Source of the DNA: Pirellulales bacterium
GTDB taxonomy: Bacteria; Planctomycetota; Planctomycetia; Pirellulales; UBA1268
NCBI GenBank assembly: GCA_040397545.1
Contig: JBBAVV010000022.1
Location: 4,174-68,173 of the forward strand
Direction: 5' to 3'
Length of the DNA stretch: 64,000 nt
A program made the position numbers and the translations under genes. Shown here piece by piece: positions 54,781-64,000 of the stretch; position 1 is the first letter of the stretch; each line of letters starts with the position of its first letter. The notes under the pieces are model-generated. The model saw nothing but the letters and a program-made list of their open reading frames with translations, ran no database searches and was not told where the DNA came from.

Positions 54781-57216
54781 TCAGGACGCCGCGGTCGTGT
54801 CCGCGGAGGCTGTTGTCTGGGCGTGGTAGAGGCGGGCATAGGCCCCATCCCGTGCGAGCAGGTCGTCGTGCGTCCCGATCTCGACGATCCGCCCGGCATC
54901 GAGGACGACCAGGCGGTTGGCGCGGCGGAGCGTCGACAGGCGGTGGGCGATGGCGATCGTGGTCCGGCCGGTGACGAGCCGGTCGATGGCCGACTGGATC
55001 ACCACCTCCGTCTCCGCATCGACCGACGAGGTCGCCTCGTCGAGGATCAGGATCGCAGGATCGACCAGGAGGGCCCGGGCGATCGAAATCCGTTGGCGTT
55101 CACCGCCGGAGAGTGAACCACCGCGCTCACCGATGCGCGAGTCGTAGGCGTTGGGAAGGCCGAGGATGAAGCCGTGGGCTCCGGCGGCGCGGGCGGCGCT
55201 GACGACCCGCTCCGGGCCGGCATCGGGGCAGCCATAGGCGATGTTCTCGGCGACGCTCCCGAAGAACAGGAGTGGCTCCTGAAGAACGCAGCCGAGATTG
55301 CGCCGGTAATCCGTCACGGCCAGCCGCCGCAGGTCGGTGCCGTCGACGGAGACGGTGCCGCTGGAGGGATCGAAGAACCGGCAGACGAGATTGGCGAGCG
55401 TCGACTTCCCTGAACCGCTCGCCCCCACCAGGCCGATCATCTCCCCCGGCTCGATCACCAGATCGATGCCATGGAGGATCTCGCGCGTGCCGTAGCGAAA
55501 GTGGACGCCGGCAAACTCGATCCGTCCGCGCACCCGTCCGGGGCGGATCGGGTGCGGATCCTCGGCGACGGTCGGACGGCAGTCGAGGATCTCAAACAAC
55601 CGTTGCGCGCTGGACGAGGCCCGCTGGGCGGCAGGCACCATCCTCACCATCGATTCAACGCGGCCGTAGAACCGGGCGATGTAGGCCAAGAACGCGGTCA
55701 GGCCACCGACCGTCACCGCTCCCTGGAACACCATCCAGGCACCGGCCGCCCAAACCACGAGCAGCCCGATCTCGCTGAACAGACTGACGAGCGGCCCGAA
55801 GAATGCCCACACGGTGTTGACGCGGTCGTTGGCCTCGAGGACATGGTCGTTGGCGCGGCGGAAGCGGTCGGTCTCCCGCGTCTCCTGGGCGAAGGCCTTG
55901 ACGACGCGGATGCCCGGGATCGTGTCGGCGAGAACACTCGAGACCTCGGCCCAAGCGATGTTGGATCGCGAAAAACCCCGATGGAGCCGCTCGCGGACCG
56001 CGTAAACGAGCCACACGACGAGCGGGAAGGGAGCGAGCGTGACGAGGGCAAGGAGCGGATTCATCCACGCGAGCACGGCTGCCGTCAGGAGCACGAGCAT
56101 CGTGTCGGAGAGGAAGCCGATGAGATTGAGCGAGAGGAAATTGTTGATCTGGTCGGTGTCGTTGCTGATCCGCGACATCAGGTCGCCGGTCCGCTTGGCG
56201 GCGAAGAAGTCAAGCGACAGCGCTTGCATGTGCGAATAGGTGCGCACCCGCAGATCGGCCGACACCCGCTCGCTCACCCAGGCGAGGACCCAGGTCTGGG
56301 CCCAGGAGAGGAGCCAGGCGACCAGCGCCGCGGCCACCAACCCCCCCAGATACCACCACACGAGGGCGAAAGGGACGTCCTCGCCGGCCTGCCTCGGGAT
56401 CAGCACGCGGTCGACCAGCGGCATGGTCAGGTAGGGGGGGACGAGGGCCGCCACCGTGCCCGCCAGCGACAGGCCACACCCGAGCAGCGCCATCCCTGCA
56501 TTCGGCCGCGCGAACGTCAGGATGCGGAGGAGCGACCGCCACGACGTCTGGGCATCCCCGACGGGAGCCTCGTCATCGATCTCGGCTCCGCCGAAGCGTG
56601 GGTGGGGGGCGGGGGGCGGCGGAGGGGGATCCTCGGCGGGGATGGTGTCGGACAGAGGGGGGCCGCCCGGCAGCGGTTGGCCGCGCGAAGCGGGGGCCTG
56701 CCGGTGGGTGCGGCGCTGGTCGAAGGCATCCTCGAGGACGTGGATCGGCTTGGCCTGCGCCGGCGTGAACAGCCAGCGGGCGAGCACCTGGCCGGCGCGG
56801 GAGAGCTCGATCCGGCCGACGCCGCCACGGACGCGGACGTCGAGACAACTCGCGTCGTCGAGCAGCCAGGCATGGAGGCCGTCCGGCGACGTCGTCGCCC
56901 CCTCGGCGGAAGCCGGATTGTCGCCGAGCAGGCGCTGGTCGGTGAGCGCCAACCATCCTTCCGTGAAACGCAGGTCGCAATCGAGATCGAACCGGGCGGT
57001 CGCCACCAGGCGCTCGCCGGGAAGGAGCTCGATCCGTTCTGCGATCGGCGCCGCCGGCGGGCGGCGGTGTGCGGCCGGGCCGCCTGCCACGGGACGGCCC
57101 GCGCGGTCGGGGGACGGTGGAGCAAGGGAGGATGAGGGAGGGCGGGTCACGGCGGGATTCGGCTCAAACGTGAGGGAAAACCCGGCGGAGGCGGCCGTGC
57201 CGGCGCGGCCCGGCAC
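54781..57216 (-). CDS. Exporter-type ABC transporter (fused TMD-NBD, MsbA-like) with about 230-aa N-terminal cytoplasmic extension
   Basis: Six-helix TMD ('LLGCGLSLAGTVAALVPPYLTMPLVD...'). Walker A 'GASGSGKST', signature 'LSGGERQRISIARAL', Walker B 'ILILDEATSSVD'. The N-terminal 'LLPGERLVATARFDLDCDLRFTEGWLALTDQRLL' looks PH/GRAM-like. The start is uncertain. Confidence 0.88.
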   Translation of the reverse strand: MPGRAGTAASAGFSLTFEPNPAVTRPPSSSLAPPSPDRAGRPVAGGPAAHRRPPAAPIAERIELLPGERLVATARFDLDCDLRFTEGWLALTDQRLLGDNPASAEGATTSPDGLHAWLLDDASCLDVRVRGGVGRIELSRAGQVLARWLFTPAQAKPIHVLEDAFDQRRTHRQAPASRGQPLPGGPPLSDTIPAEDPPPPPPAPHPRFGGAEIDDEAPVGDAQTSWRSLLRILTFARPNAGMALLGCGLSLAGTVAALVPPYLTMPLVDRVLIPRQAGEDVPFALVWWYLGGLVAAALVAWLLSWAQTWVLAWVSERVSADLRVRTYSHMQALSLDFFAAKRTGDLMSRISNDTDQINNFLSLNLIGFLSDTMLVLLTAAVLAWMNPLLALVTLAPFPLVVWLVYAVRERLHRGFSRSNIAWAEVSSVLADTIPGIRVVKAFAQETRETDRFRRANDHVLEANDRVNTVWAFFGPLVSLFSEIGLLVVWAAGAWMVFQGAVTVGGLTAFLAYIARFYGRVESMVRMVPAAQRASSSAQRLFEILDCRPTVAEDPHPIRPGRVRGRIEFAGVHFRYGTREILHGIDLVIEPGEMIGLVGASGSGKSTLANLVCRFFDPSSGTVSVDGTDLRRLAVTDYRRNLGCVLQEPLLFFGSVAENIAYGCPDAGPERVVSAARAAGAHGFILGLPNAYDSRIGERGGSLSGGERQRISIARALLVDPAILILDEATSSVDAETEVVIQSAIDRLVTGRTTIAIAHRLSTLRRANRLVVLDAGRIVEIGTHDDLLARDGAYARLYHAQTTASADTTAAS

Positions 57217-58310
57217 CGGCCACTCGGGAAAAGATGCGACCCGCCGCTGTCCGAATCAACCGTACACCATCCGCGGCCTGCGCCGTGGCCGGGCGTTGAA
57301 AAAAACGGGGAGGGAGCGGGGAAATAATTTCAAGTTTCTGGGAAGAATCTACCCGGGCCGACCGGCTTCGGGGGCTTCGTCGGTCACCGGATCGGCTGGC
57401 TGCCGACGGATTTGTCCCGCGGAAAACGCTCATTCGCCGGCCGGTTCGCCGTGCTGCGATGGGCTTGGCATGAAATCTGCAGATCTGGTTCTTCAGCGCC
57501 GACGATTCGCATTTCACTCATGGAAGCGTAGACTTGGCGAAGGTGTCGGCGATTCACCGGTGATCCCCGGTGGATCCTGGCACGCTCCGGTGCGGTGGCT
57601 GGTCGGCTCACGGTGATTGCGGTCGCTTCGGCGGCCCGATGGCCGGCAGGGTCGCCCCGATCCGAGCCGGGGTGTTTCGATTCAAGGTGCCGGAGGGAAC
57701 AGGCATCGCGCTCAAGCGTGCGTCCGTGTGACGCACGGCGATGCTCGACGGCCCTCCGGTTGGGGAAAACTTCGACCCATGGCCATCACGGCCGGTTCGT
57801 TGTCGGTCATTCGTCGGCTGCCGCGGAAGGATCTCGATTCGCTCCGCGGCGACGACGGTCGGCTTCCTGCCGAGGGCTTTTCAGCCCCCGGGAGCGTTGC
57901 CAAAGTCTTTTCAGGCCGCTTCCGACCCCTCGTGGGTCGCGGCCGACCCGCCCTTCCAAGCCCTGGCGGATTCCGCCATGGCCCTGGGGGAAGTGGCTTT
58001 TGCGGGTGTGGCTTCGTGATGTCGGCCCGGCTCTTCGGGCCGCCAGCGGTGACGGGAGGCTCCTCCCGTCCACCGATCTCACTTCCATCGCCGGGGTGCT
58101 GGGCGCCGCCCTGACGGCGTCCACAAACACCTCGTTCGATGGTCCCTGCTACCAACCGCTCTGGTCCGGCGACGCGCCGGCCCGGAAGCCTGCGATCGGT
58201 GCAGCCTCCTCCCACAAGGGTCGCCGGAATGTCCGGTAGCCGGGAAGGGACGCACCCCCAACCAGCCGACGCACGCGTCTGCGCTCCGGCCTGAAGTCAC
58301 AAGCCCATCC

Positions 58311-61300
58311 ATGGAGATCACGTCTGTCCGGGTTCTGCGCGGTCCGAACCAGTGGACATGGTTCCCGGTCCTTGAGGCGATTGTCGACCTCGGCCGGCTC
58401 GAGGAGTTCCCTTCCAACACGCTTCCGAACTTCAACGAGCGGATCATGGAGTGGCTGCCGACGATGGTCGAGCACCGCTGCTCGATCGGCACCCGGGGTG
58501 GATTCTTCCAGCGACTCCGCACCGGCACCTGGATGGGGCATGTCCTCGAGCACGTGACGATCGAGCTGCAGTCGCTCGCGGGGTCCGTCGTGCAGTACGG
58601 CCGGGCCCGTGAGACCTCGACCGCCGGTGTCTACCGGGTCGTGGTCGAATACAAGGAGGAGGCCTTCGCAATCGAGTGCCTCCACACCGCCCACCGCCTC
58701 ATCGGCTGCGCCATCTCGGGCGATCCTTTCGACATCGCGGCCGAGATCCGTCGCCTCCGTGCGATCCTCCTCGACGGCCAACTCGGGCCCAGCACCCGGT
58801 CGATCGTCGAGGCTGCCACGGCTCGCGGCATTCCCCACCGTCGGCTCACCGCCGGCTCGATGGTCCGGCTCGGCATCGGTGCCAAGCAGCGACGGATCGT
58901 CGCCGCGGAGAGCGACCGCACCAGCGCGATCGCGGAATCGATCGCCCAGGACAAGGATCTGACCCGCAAGCTCCTCGCCGAGGCGGGGATTCCCGTCCCT
59001 GAGGGGCGGCCGGTGACCGACGCGGCCGACGCCTGGGCGGCGGCGGAGGAGATCGGGGCCCCGGTTGTCGTCAAGCCGCGCTACGGCAATCAGGGGCGCG
59101 GTGTCTCGGTCAATCTTTCGACGCGCGAGGAGGTCGAGCAGGCCTGGAAGGTGGCCCGCGAGGAGGAGTCGACGATCGTTGTCGAACGCTCCTGCCATGG
59201 GCAGGACTACCGGCTGCTCGTCGTCGGCGGGGCGCTGGTGGCCGCGGCGCGGCGCCATCCGCCGACGGTCGTCGGCGATGGGAGGTCGACCGTGCGCGAG
59301 CTCGTCGATGCCGTCAATCAGGACCCGCGGCGGTGCGGCGACCACGCCGGCAGCTTGAGCCCCGTGCCCCTTGACGAGGTAGCGCTGGCGGTGCTCCGCG
59401 ACCAGGGGCTCGATGTCGGGATGGTCCCGGCCGACGGTCAGACCGTGGTCCTGCGGCGCAACGCCAACCTCTCCACCGGCGGAACCGCCGAGGATGTCAC
59501 CGACATCGTCCACCCGGAGGTCGCTGCCCGGGCGATCGAGGCGGCGAGGATCATCGGCCTCGACATCGCCGGCATCGATTGCATGGCGACCGACATCTCC
59601 CGGCCACTGGAGTTGCAGGGGGGGGTGTTCATCGAGGTTAACGCCGGCCCCGGCCTGCGGATGCATCTGGAGCCGGCGGTTGGCAAGCCGCGCAATGTCG
59701 GGGCCGCGATCATCGACACGCTCTTCGCGCCGGGGGATGACGGTCGGATCCCCGTTGCGGCGGTGACCGGCACCAACGGCAAGACGACGGTCGTCCGGCT
59801 CCTCTCCCACATCGCCACCGTCGGCGGCGCCACCGTCGGCACGACCTGCACCGAGGGGATCTGGGTGGGGGGGCGGAAGATCGACAGCGGTGATTGCAGC
59901 GGTCCGCAGAGTGCCCGCCGCGTGCTCGCCAACCCCTCGGTCACCACGGCGGTCTTCGAGACGGCCCGCGGCGGCATCCTCCGCGAGGGCTGCGGCTTCG
60001 ATGCCTGCGACGTCGGCGTCGTCACGAACATCGGCTCGGGCGACCATCTCGGCATGGCCGATATCGATACCCCCGAGAAGCTCGCCTGGGTGAAGGGGGC
60101 GGTCGTCCAGTCGGTGCGGGAATCGGGTGCCGCAGTGCTCAACGGCGCCGATCCGCTCGTCGTCGACATGCAGAAGTGGTGCTCTGGCCAGGTCGTCTAC
60201 TTCTCGCTCGACCCCGATCTCCCCTTGGTCGTCGAGCATCTGGCGAACGGGGGCCTGGCGGCCACGGTCCGCGACGGCTGGATCGTCCTCTGCGACGGCC
60301 CGCGGGAGACGCGCCTGGCGCATCTCGACCGCGTGCCGCTGGTCCATCGCGGGGCGATCGGCTTCCAGGTCGAGAACGTCCTGGCAGCGGCGGCGGCGGC
60401 CTGGCGGCTGGGTGTGCCGCTGGAGCTCGTTCGGCTCGGTCTGGAGAGCTTTCCTGCCGGCCGGACCGGATCGCCGGGGCGCTTCAATCTCCTCTCGCTC
60501 GACGGGGTCGGGATCGTCTGTGATTACGGTCACAACCCCGCCTCACTCGAGCAGATCTGCACCGCGATGGCACGCCTGCCCCACGATCGTCGCACCGCCG
60601 TCTATTCCGCTGCCGGCGACCGCCGCGACGCCGACATCCTCGATCAGGGGAGGATGCTCGCCCGGCACTTCGAGCGCGTGGTGATCTACGAGGATGCCTA
60701 CACCCGGGGGCGCCAGCCGGGCGAGATCACCCGCCTGATCGCGCAGGGGGTGGCGGAGGGAGCTCCGGCAGGGCGGACGGTGGAGGTCGAATTCGGCGGT
60801 GATTGGGCCGCGTCTGCGGCCATGGTCCTCGACGCGGCGCGGCCGGGGGATCTCATCCTTCTTCAGCCCGACACGATCGAGCAGACCATTCCCTGGCTCC
60901 ATGCCCGCTACGGCAGCCGGATGCGCGAGACGACCTTCGACGAGCTCGGCGGCGCCGCCATCGGCGGCCCGGAAGAGCGGCAGCCCGGGCCGAGCGAGCC
61001 GGTCGAGGTGCAAACGGGGCGGCTCGGGCACGGGATCCATGCCTCGCGGCCGATCGCCGCCGGCGAGACGATCCTCCGCGCGTGGGGGCCGATCCTGGCG
61101 AAGCGGAGCCGGCACACGATGCAGGTCGACGCGACGACGCACGTCCTCCCCGACGGGCTCATCGTTCATGCGAATCATTCCTGCGAGCCGAACTGTGTCG
61201 TCCGTATCCGCGCCGGGGAACGGGAGATCGTCCTCGAGGCCCTCCGGGCGCTGGCCGTCGGCGAGGAGCTGACGGTCGATTACGACACGTTCGAATACGA

Positions 61301-61466
61301 GGTCGAGCACCTCGGTGGACCGTGCCGGTGCGGGGCGGCGAAGTGCCGCGGCCGGGTGAGGGGCTACAAGCACCTCTCGGCGGAGGTGAAGGCACGGTGC
61401 AGTGCGATGGTGGTCGACTACCTCCGGGCGATGGATGCCGAGGTGCCGCTTCCCTATGGGGCCTGA
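58311..61466 (+). CDS. cphA: Cyanophycin synthetase fused to a C-terminal SET domain
   Basis: 'MEITSVRVLRGPNQWTWFPVLEAIVDLG...GTWMGHVLEHVTIELQ' (CphA N-domain). 'DKDLTRKLLAEAGIPVPEG...VVVKPRYGNQGRGV' (ATP-grasp). 'VAAVTGTNGKTTVVRLL' (Mur-ligase-like). The same frame continues with no stop into the SET module from about 60999. Confidence 0.9.
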   Translation: MEITSVRVLRGPNQWTWFPVLEAIVDLGRLEEFPSNTLPNFNERIMEWLPTMVEHRCSIGTRGGFFQRLRTGTWMGHVLEHVTIELQSLAGSVVQYGRARETSTAGVYRVVVEYKEEAFAIECLHTAHRLIGCAISGDPFDIAAEIRRLRAILLDGQLGPSTRSIVEAATARGIPHRRLTAGSMVRLGIGAKQRRIVAAESDRTSAIAESIAQDKDLTRKLLAEAGIPVPEGRPVTDAADAWAAAEEIGAPVVVKPRYGNQGRGVSVNLSTREEVEQAWKVAREEESTIVVERSCHGQDYRLLVVGGALVAAARRHPPTVVGDGRSTVRELVDAVNQDPRRCGDHAGSLSPVPLDEVALAVLRDQGLDVGMVPADGQTVVLRRNANLSTGGTAEDVTDIVHPEVAARAIEAARIIGLDIAGIDCMATDISRPLELQGGVFIEVNAGPGLRMHLEPAVGKPRNVGAAIIDTLFAPGDDGRIPVAAVTGTNGKTTVVRLLSHIATVGGATVGTTCTEGIWVGGRKIDSGDCSGPQSARRVLANPSVTTAVFETARGGILREGCGFDACDVGVVTNIGSGDHLGMADIDTPEKLAWVKGAVVQSVRESGAAVLNGADPLVVDMQKWCSGQVVYFSLDPDLPLVVEHLANGGLAATVRDGWIVLCDGPRETRLAHLDRVPLVHRGAIGFQVENVLAAAAAAWRLGVPLELVRLGLESFPAGRTGSPGRFNLLSLDGVGIVCDYGHNPASLEQICTAMARLPHDRRTAVYSAAGDRRDADILDQGRMLARHFERVVIYEDAYTRGRQPGEITRLIAQGVAEGAPAGRTVEVEFGGDWAASAAMVLDAARPGDLILLQPDTIEQTIPWLHARYGSRMRETTFDELGGAAIGGPEERQPGPSEPVEVQTGRLGHGIHASRPIAAGETILRAWGPILAKRSRHTMQVDATTHVLPDGLIVHANHSCEPNCVVRIRAGEREIVLEALRALAVGEELTVDYDTFEYEVEHLGGPCRCGAAKCRGRVRGYKHLSAEVKARCSAMVVDYLRAMDAEVPLPYGA
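60999..61466 (+). other. SET + post-SET domain portion of the cphA ORF
   Basis: 'GHGIHASRPIAAGETIL', 'NHSCEPNC' (61173-61193), 'ELTVDYD', and post-SET 'CRCGAAKCRG' (61322-61351). It is preceded by the Gly/Pro linker 'GGAAIGGPEERQPGPSEP'. Confidence 0.8.
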
Positions 61467-61474
61467 TGCCCCTC

Positions 61475-62551
61475 CTACTTGATCCCGGCAGGGCGACGGT
61501 CGAGGGCGCCGCGGACGCCGAGCTGCTCGGGGTGGCGGGCGATCTTGTCGGTGAACACCCGGACGTCGTCGACGATCGGCCGCAGTTCGAGCGTGAGGTG
61601 ATTGACGTTGGAAACCGCCAGCGCCAGTTCGTCGTAGACCTTGGGATCATTGACGAGCTTGCCGAGGGTACCCTGCGAGTCGCCGAGGGCCTTGGCGAAC
61701 GACGCGATCTCCTGGAGGACGGCATCGAGCCGGCCGATGGTCTTGTCGATCTGGGCGACCATCTCCCCGCCGCGCTCGCCGAGCGGCTTGGTGAGACCCT
61801 CGAGGTTTCGCAGGTTGCGGTCGGCGGTCTCGACGGTCGCGCCGATTCCCTTCACGGTGCTCTTGAGCTCGCCGATCACCTCCGGCAGGGAGCTGATCGT
61901 GTCGAGGATCTCCTCGCGGGCGGCCGCGTTGCCGACGACGGCGTTGATGTTGGTCATCGCCAGCGAGAATTCGTCGAGCGTCGCCTCAGTTTTCTTCACG
62001 AGCTGTTGGAAGCGGTCGCCATTCTCGGGGTTGAGGAGCGTGCGGTCGAGGTTGGCGGAGAGGCGGTTGACCGATTCACTCGCCTGGACGAGCGACTCGA
62101 GCGCCAGACCGAGCTTCGGCTCGAGCGACGCGAAGACGTCGAAAGGATTCCGGGCCGCAGTGCCGCGGAGAGTGTCGTTCTGCCCCACCTTCTCCCGTTG
62201 GGGCTGGATGATTCCGGGGACGAGCGAGATCTCGGCATCGCCGAGGATCGAGCCGGAGATCTGCGCTTCCTCGTCCTTGTAGATCGGGACGGCGGAGTCG
62301 ATGTCGGCGACGACGTTCACCCCCCCCTTCTCGTCGAGGGCGACGTTTGTCACCCGCCCCACGAGGATGCCGTTCTTGCGCACGGGTGTCCCGGGCGTCA
62401 CGCCGCGGGCATCGGAGAAGTTCATCCGCAGCGGATAGGTGCGCTGGACGAGCGACGGGAGGTCGCCGAAGAGGACGATCAAAATACCGGCGATGATGGC
62501 CGTGGCGAGCACCATCACGCCGACGCGGAACTGCATGACTCGGTCGTTCAT
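61475..62551 (-). CDS. mlaD: MlaD/MCE-family substrate-binding protein
   Basis: 'MNDRVMQFRVGVMVLATAIIAGILIVLF...GVTPGTPVRKNGILVGRVTNVAL' plus a long helical C-terminus. Confidence 0.88.
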   Translation of the reverse strand: MNDRVMQFRVGVMVLATAIIAGILIVLFGDLPSLVQRTYPLRMNFSDARGVTPGTPVRKNGILVGRVTNVALDEKGGVNVVADIDSAVPIYKDEEAQISGSILGDAEISLVPGIIQPQREKVGQNDTLRGTAARNPFDVFASLEPKLGLALESLVQASESVNRLSANLDRTLLNPENGDRFQQLVKKTEATLDEFSLAMTNINAVVGNAAAREEILDTISSLPEVIGELKSTVKGIGATVETADRNLRNLEGLTKPLGERGGEMVAQIDKTIGRLDAVLQEIASFAKALGDSQGTLGKLVNDPKVYDELALAVSNVNHLTLELRPIVDDVRVFTDKIARHPEQLGVRGALDRRPAGIK

Positions 62552-63459
62552 GATTCGTCTCCGGACGCTGCCGCCCCCCTCCCGTCGGCCGTCGTTTCCA
62601 GCGCCGTCGTGGCCGCGCGCTCCTGTTCGTCCTGCAGTTCCGTGAGCCGGTTGCCGGCACGCCCCTCGACGAACTGGCGGATCCGCGGATCGCGGCAGCG
62701 GTCGAGCTCCGCTGGCGTTCCCTCGAACATGATCTGGGAATCGGTTGGACCCAAGCGGAAGAGAGGGTAGAGCATGATGATCCGGTCGGCCACCTTCCTC
62801 GCGGTGTGCATGTCGTGGGTGACGACAACGCTCGTCACCCCGCCGCGGTGGCTGACGCGCAGGATCAATTCGTTGATGACGTCGCTCATGATCGGGTCGA
62901 GGCCGGTGGTCGGCTCGTCGTAGAGGACGACCGGCGGCTCGAGGGCCAGCGCCCTGGCCAGGCCCGCTCGTTTCCGCATCCCTCCGGAGAGCTCCACCGG
63001 CTTCTTCGCCGCTGCCGACCGGGGGAGCCCGACCTCGGCGAGGAGATCATCGACGATCTCGACGACCCGCGACTCGGGGATCCGCGTGTGCTCACGGAGC
63101 GGGAAGGCGATGTTGTCGAAGATCGAGAGGCTGTCGAACAGCGCCGCCCCCTGGAACACGAATCCGTACCGGGTGCGGACGCCGGCGAGCTGCCGGTCGG
63201 TGAGCCCGGAGAGCGATTTCCCCTCGAAGCGGATCTCCCCTGCCGAGGGCCTGACCAGGCCGATGAGCGTCTTCAGAAGGACCGTCTTGCCGCAGCCGCT
63301 CTCGCCGAGGATCACGACCGTCTCCGCGCTACCGATCGAGAGGCTGATGTCGCGGAGCACCTGCTGGCTGCCGAAACGCACCGAGACATGATCAACCTCC
63401 AGGACCGGGCCGGTGGCACGGTCGGTGGCGGCGGCGGCGGTGGCGGCAGGGACGGGCAT
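62548..63459 (-). CDS. mlaF: ABC transporter ATP-binding protein (MlaF-like)
   Basis: 'VVILGESGCGKTVLLKTLIGL', 'LSGGMRKRAGLARAL', 'VVLYDEPTTGLDP'. Overlaps the mlaD start (ATGA). Confidence 0.9.
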   Translation of the reverse strand: MPVPAATAAAATDRATGPVLEVDHVSVRFGSQQVLRDISLSIGSAETVVILGESGCGKTVLLKTLIGLVRPSAGEIRFEGKSLSGLTDRQLAGVRTRYGFVFQGAALFDSLSIFDNIAFPLREHTRIPESRVVEIVDDLLAEVGLPRSAAAKKPVELSGGMRKRAGLARALALEPPVVLYDEPTTGLDPIMSDVINELILRVSHRGGVTSVVVTHDMHTARKVADRIIMLYPLFRLGPTDSQIMFEGTPAELDRCRDPRIRQFVEGRAGNRLTELQDEQERAATTALETTADGRGAAASGDES

Positions 63460-63501
63460 GGTGGCTGTCGGGGGAGGTCGGTCGAGCGTGGCTCGAGCGG
63501 A

Positions 63502-64000
63502 TCAGAGGAGGCGGCGCGGCCCCTCCGGGCGGAAGAAGTCGTGAACGTTGTTGAGCCACATCCCCAGGAAGAGGTCGAGGACGAGGATCAGAACGAACGA
63601 GTGGACGAAGGCATTCGTGGCGGCGCGGCCGACTCCCTCGGCGCCCGGCTCGCTGTGGAAGCCGTGGTGGCAGCTCACCAGCGCGATCGCTGCACCGAAG
63701 AACAGGCTCTTGAAGATCCCCGTGAGGAAGTCGAAGGCGTCGACGTACTCGCGGGAGTTGTTCCAGTAGTGGTGGTAGTCGATCCCGAGGACGATGTTGG
63801 AGTAAAGATAGCCCCCCAGCACCCCCATGAAGTCGGCCATCACCGTCAGGGTGGGGATCAGAATCAGGCAGCCGAGGAAGCGGGGGACGACGAGGTAGTA
63901 GAGCGGGTTGGCCCCCATGCTCTCCAGGGCGTCGATCTGCTCGGTGACGCGCATCGTGCCAAGCTCTGCCGCCATGGCGCTCCCCACTCTCCCGGCGAGC
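63502..64000 (-). CDS. mlaE: MlaE-family ABC permease (partial; 5' end beyond window)
   Basis: '[44 protein letters not shown]'. The frame stays open to the window edge. Confidence 0.85.
   Translation of the reverse strand, partial: LAGRVGSAMAAELGTMRVTEQIDALESMGANPLYYLVVPRFLGCLILIPTLTVMADFMGVLGGYLYSNIVLGIDYHHYWNNSREYVDAFDFLTGIFKSLFFGAAIALVSCHHGFHSEPGAEGVGRAATNAFVHSFVLILVLDLFLGMWLNNVHDFFRPEGPRRLL

Noticed and set aside
57595-58239. ORFs of 140-214 aa in the ABC/cphA intergenic gap (57595..58239+, 57617..58114+, 57712..58215-, 58079..58528-).
   Set aside because: They are Arg-rich low-complexity translations with no motifs. Third-position GC is high only for about 30 codons after ATG 57779 and then decays. 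The region is treated as non-coding or a possible gene relic (see the finding).
1-64000. Scan for tRNA, rRNA, transposase, integrase or phage genes that might delimit the glycan or cyanophycin loci as mobile islands.
   Set aside because: No cloverleaf-like T-arm/D-arm consensus was noticed in intergenic DNA. No DDE or tyrosine-recombinase motifs were noticed in any credible ORF. Absence by eye is not proof, and tRNAscan and HMM searches would settle it.

Overview
High-GC (about 68% by hand count on typical lines) bacterial chromosome segment. Its gene families point to Planctomycetota: two PSCyt/DUF1549/DUF1553 + DUF1501 gene pairs, a PVC-type membrane-bound-dehydrogenase/heme protein, an SHD1 protein and a YTV-repeat protein. 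About 46 protein-coding genes are supported. No rRNA, tRNA, CRISPR array, transposase or integrase was recognised. Housekeeping genes include glgA, a TrmH-family methyltransferase, lhgO, kup, icd and mlaFED. The accessory content is more notable. (1) A cyanophycin locus in which the cyanophycin synthetase ORF continues without a stop into a C-terminal SET (lysine-methyltransferase-like) domain. It lies divergent, across a 1.1 kb non-coding gap, from an exporter-type ABC protein and a DUF1854 gene. (2) A tightly overlapping glycan operon at about 13.3-24.9 kb encoding the GDP-D-glycero-alpha-D-manno-heptose route (HddA kinase plus a fused HddC-GmhB). It also carries an RmlC-like epimerase, three SDR enzymes, a methyltransferase, a GT2, a decayed GT2 paralog and a GtrB-like/GT-C-like pair, and part of it is visibly lower in GC. 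(3) A DNA topoisomerase VI subunit B gene with no Top6A neighbour. (4) A redoxin/cytochrome c/copper-monooxygenase-like fusion translationally coupled to an ABC-2 transporter. Smaller items are a truncated VapC/PIN relic, several short tandem repeats at gene starts or promoters, and one clear intrinsic terminator. Family names come from motif recognition by eye; no database search was run. Many long ORFs in the track are antisense shadows of real genes, as expected for high-GC DNA, and were rejected.
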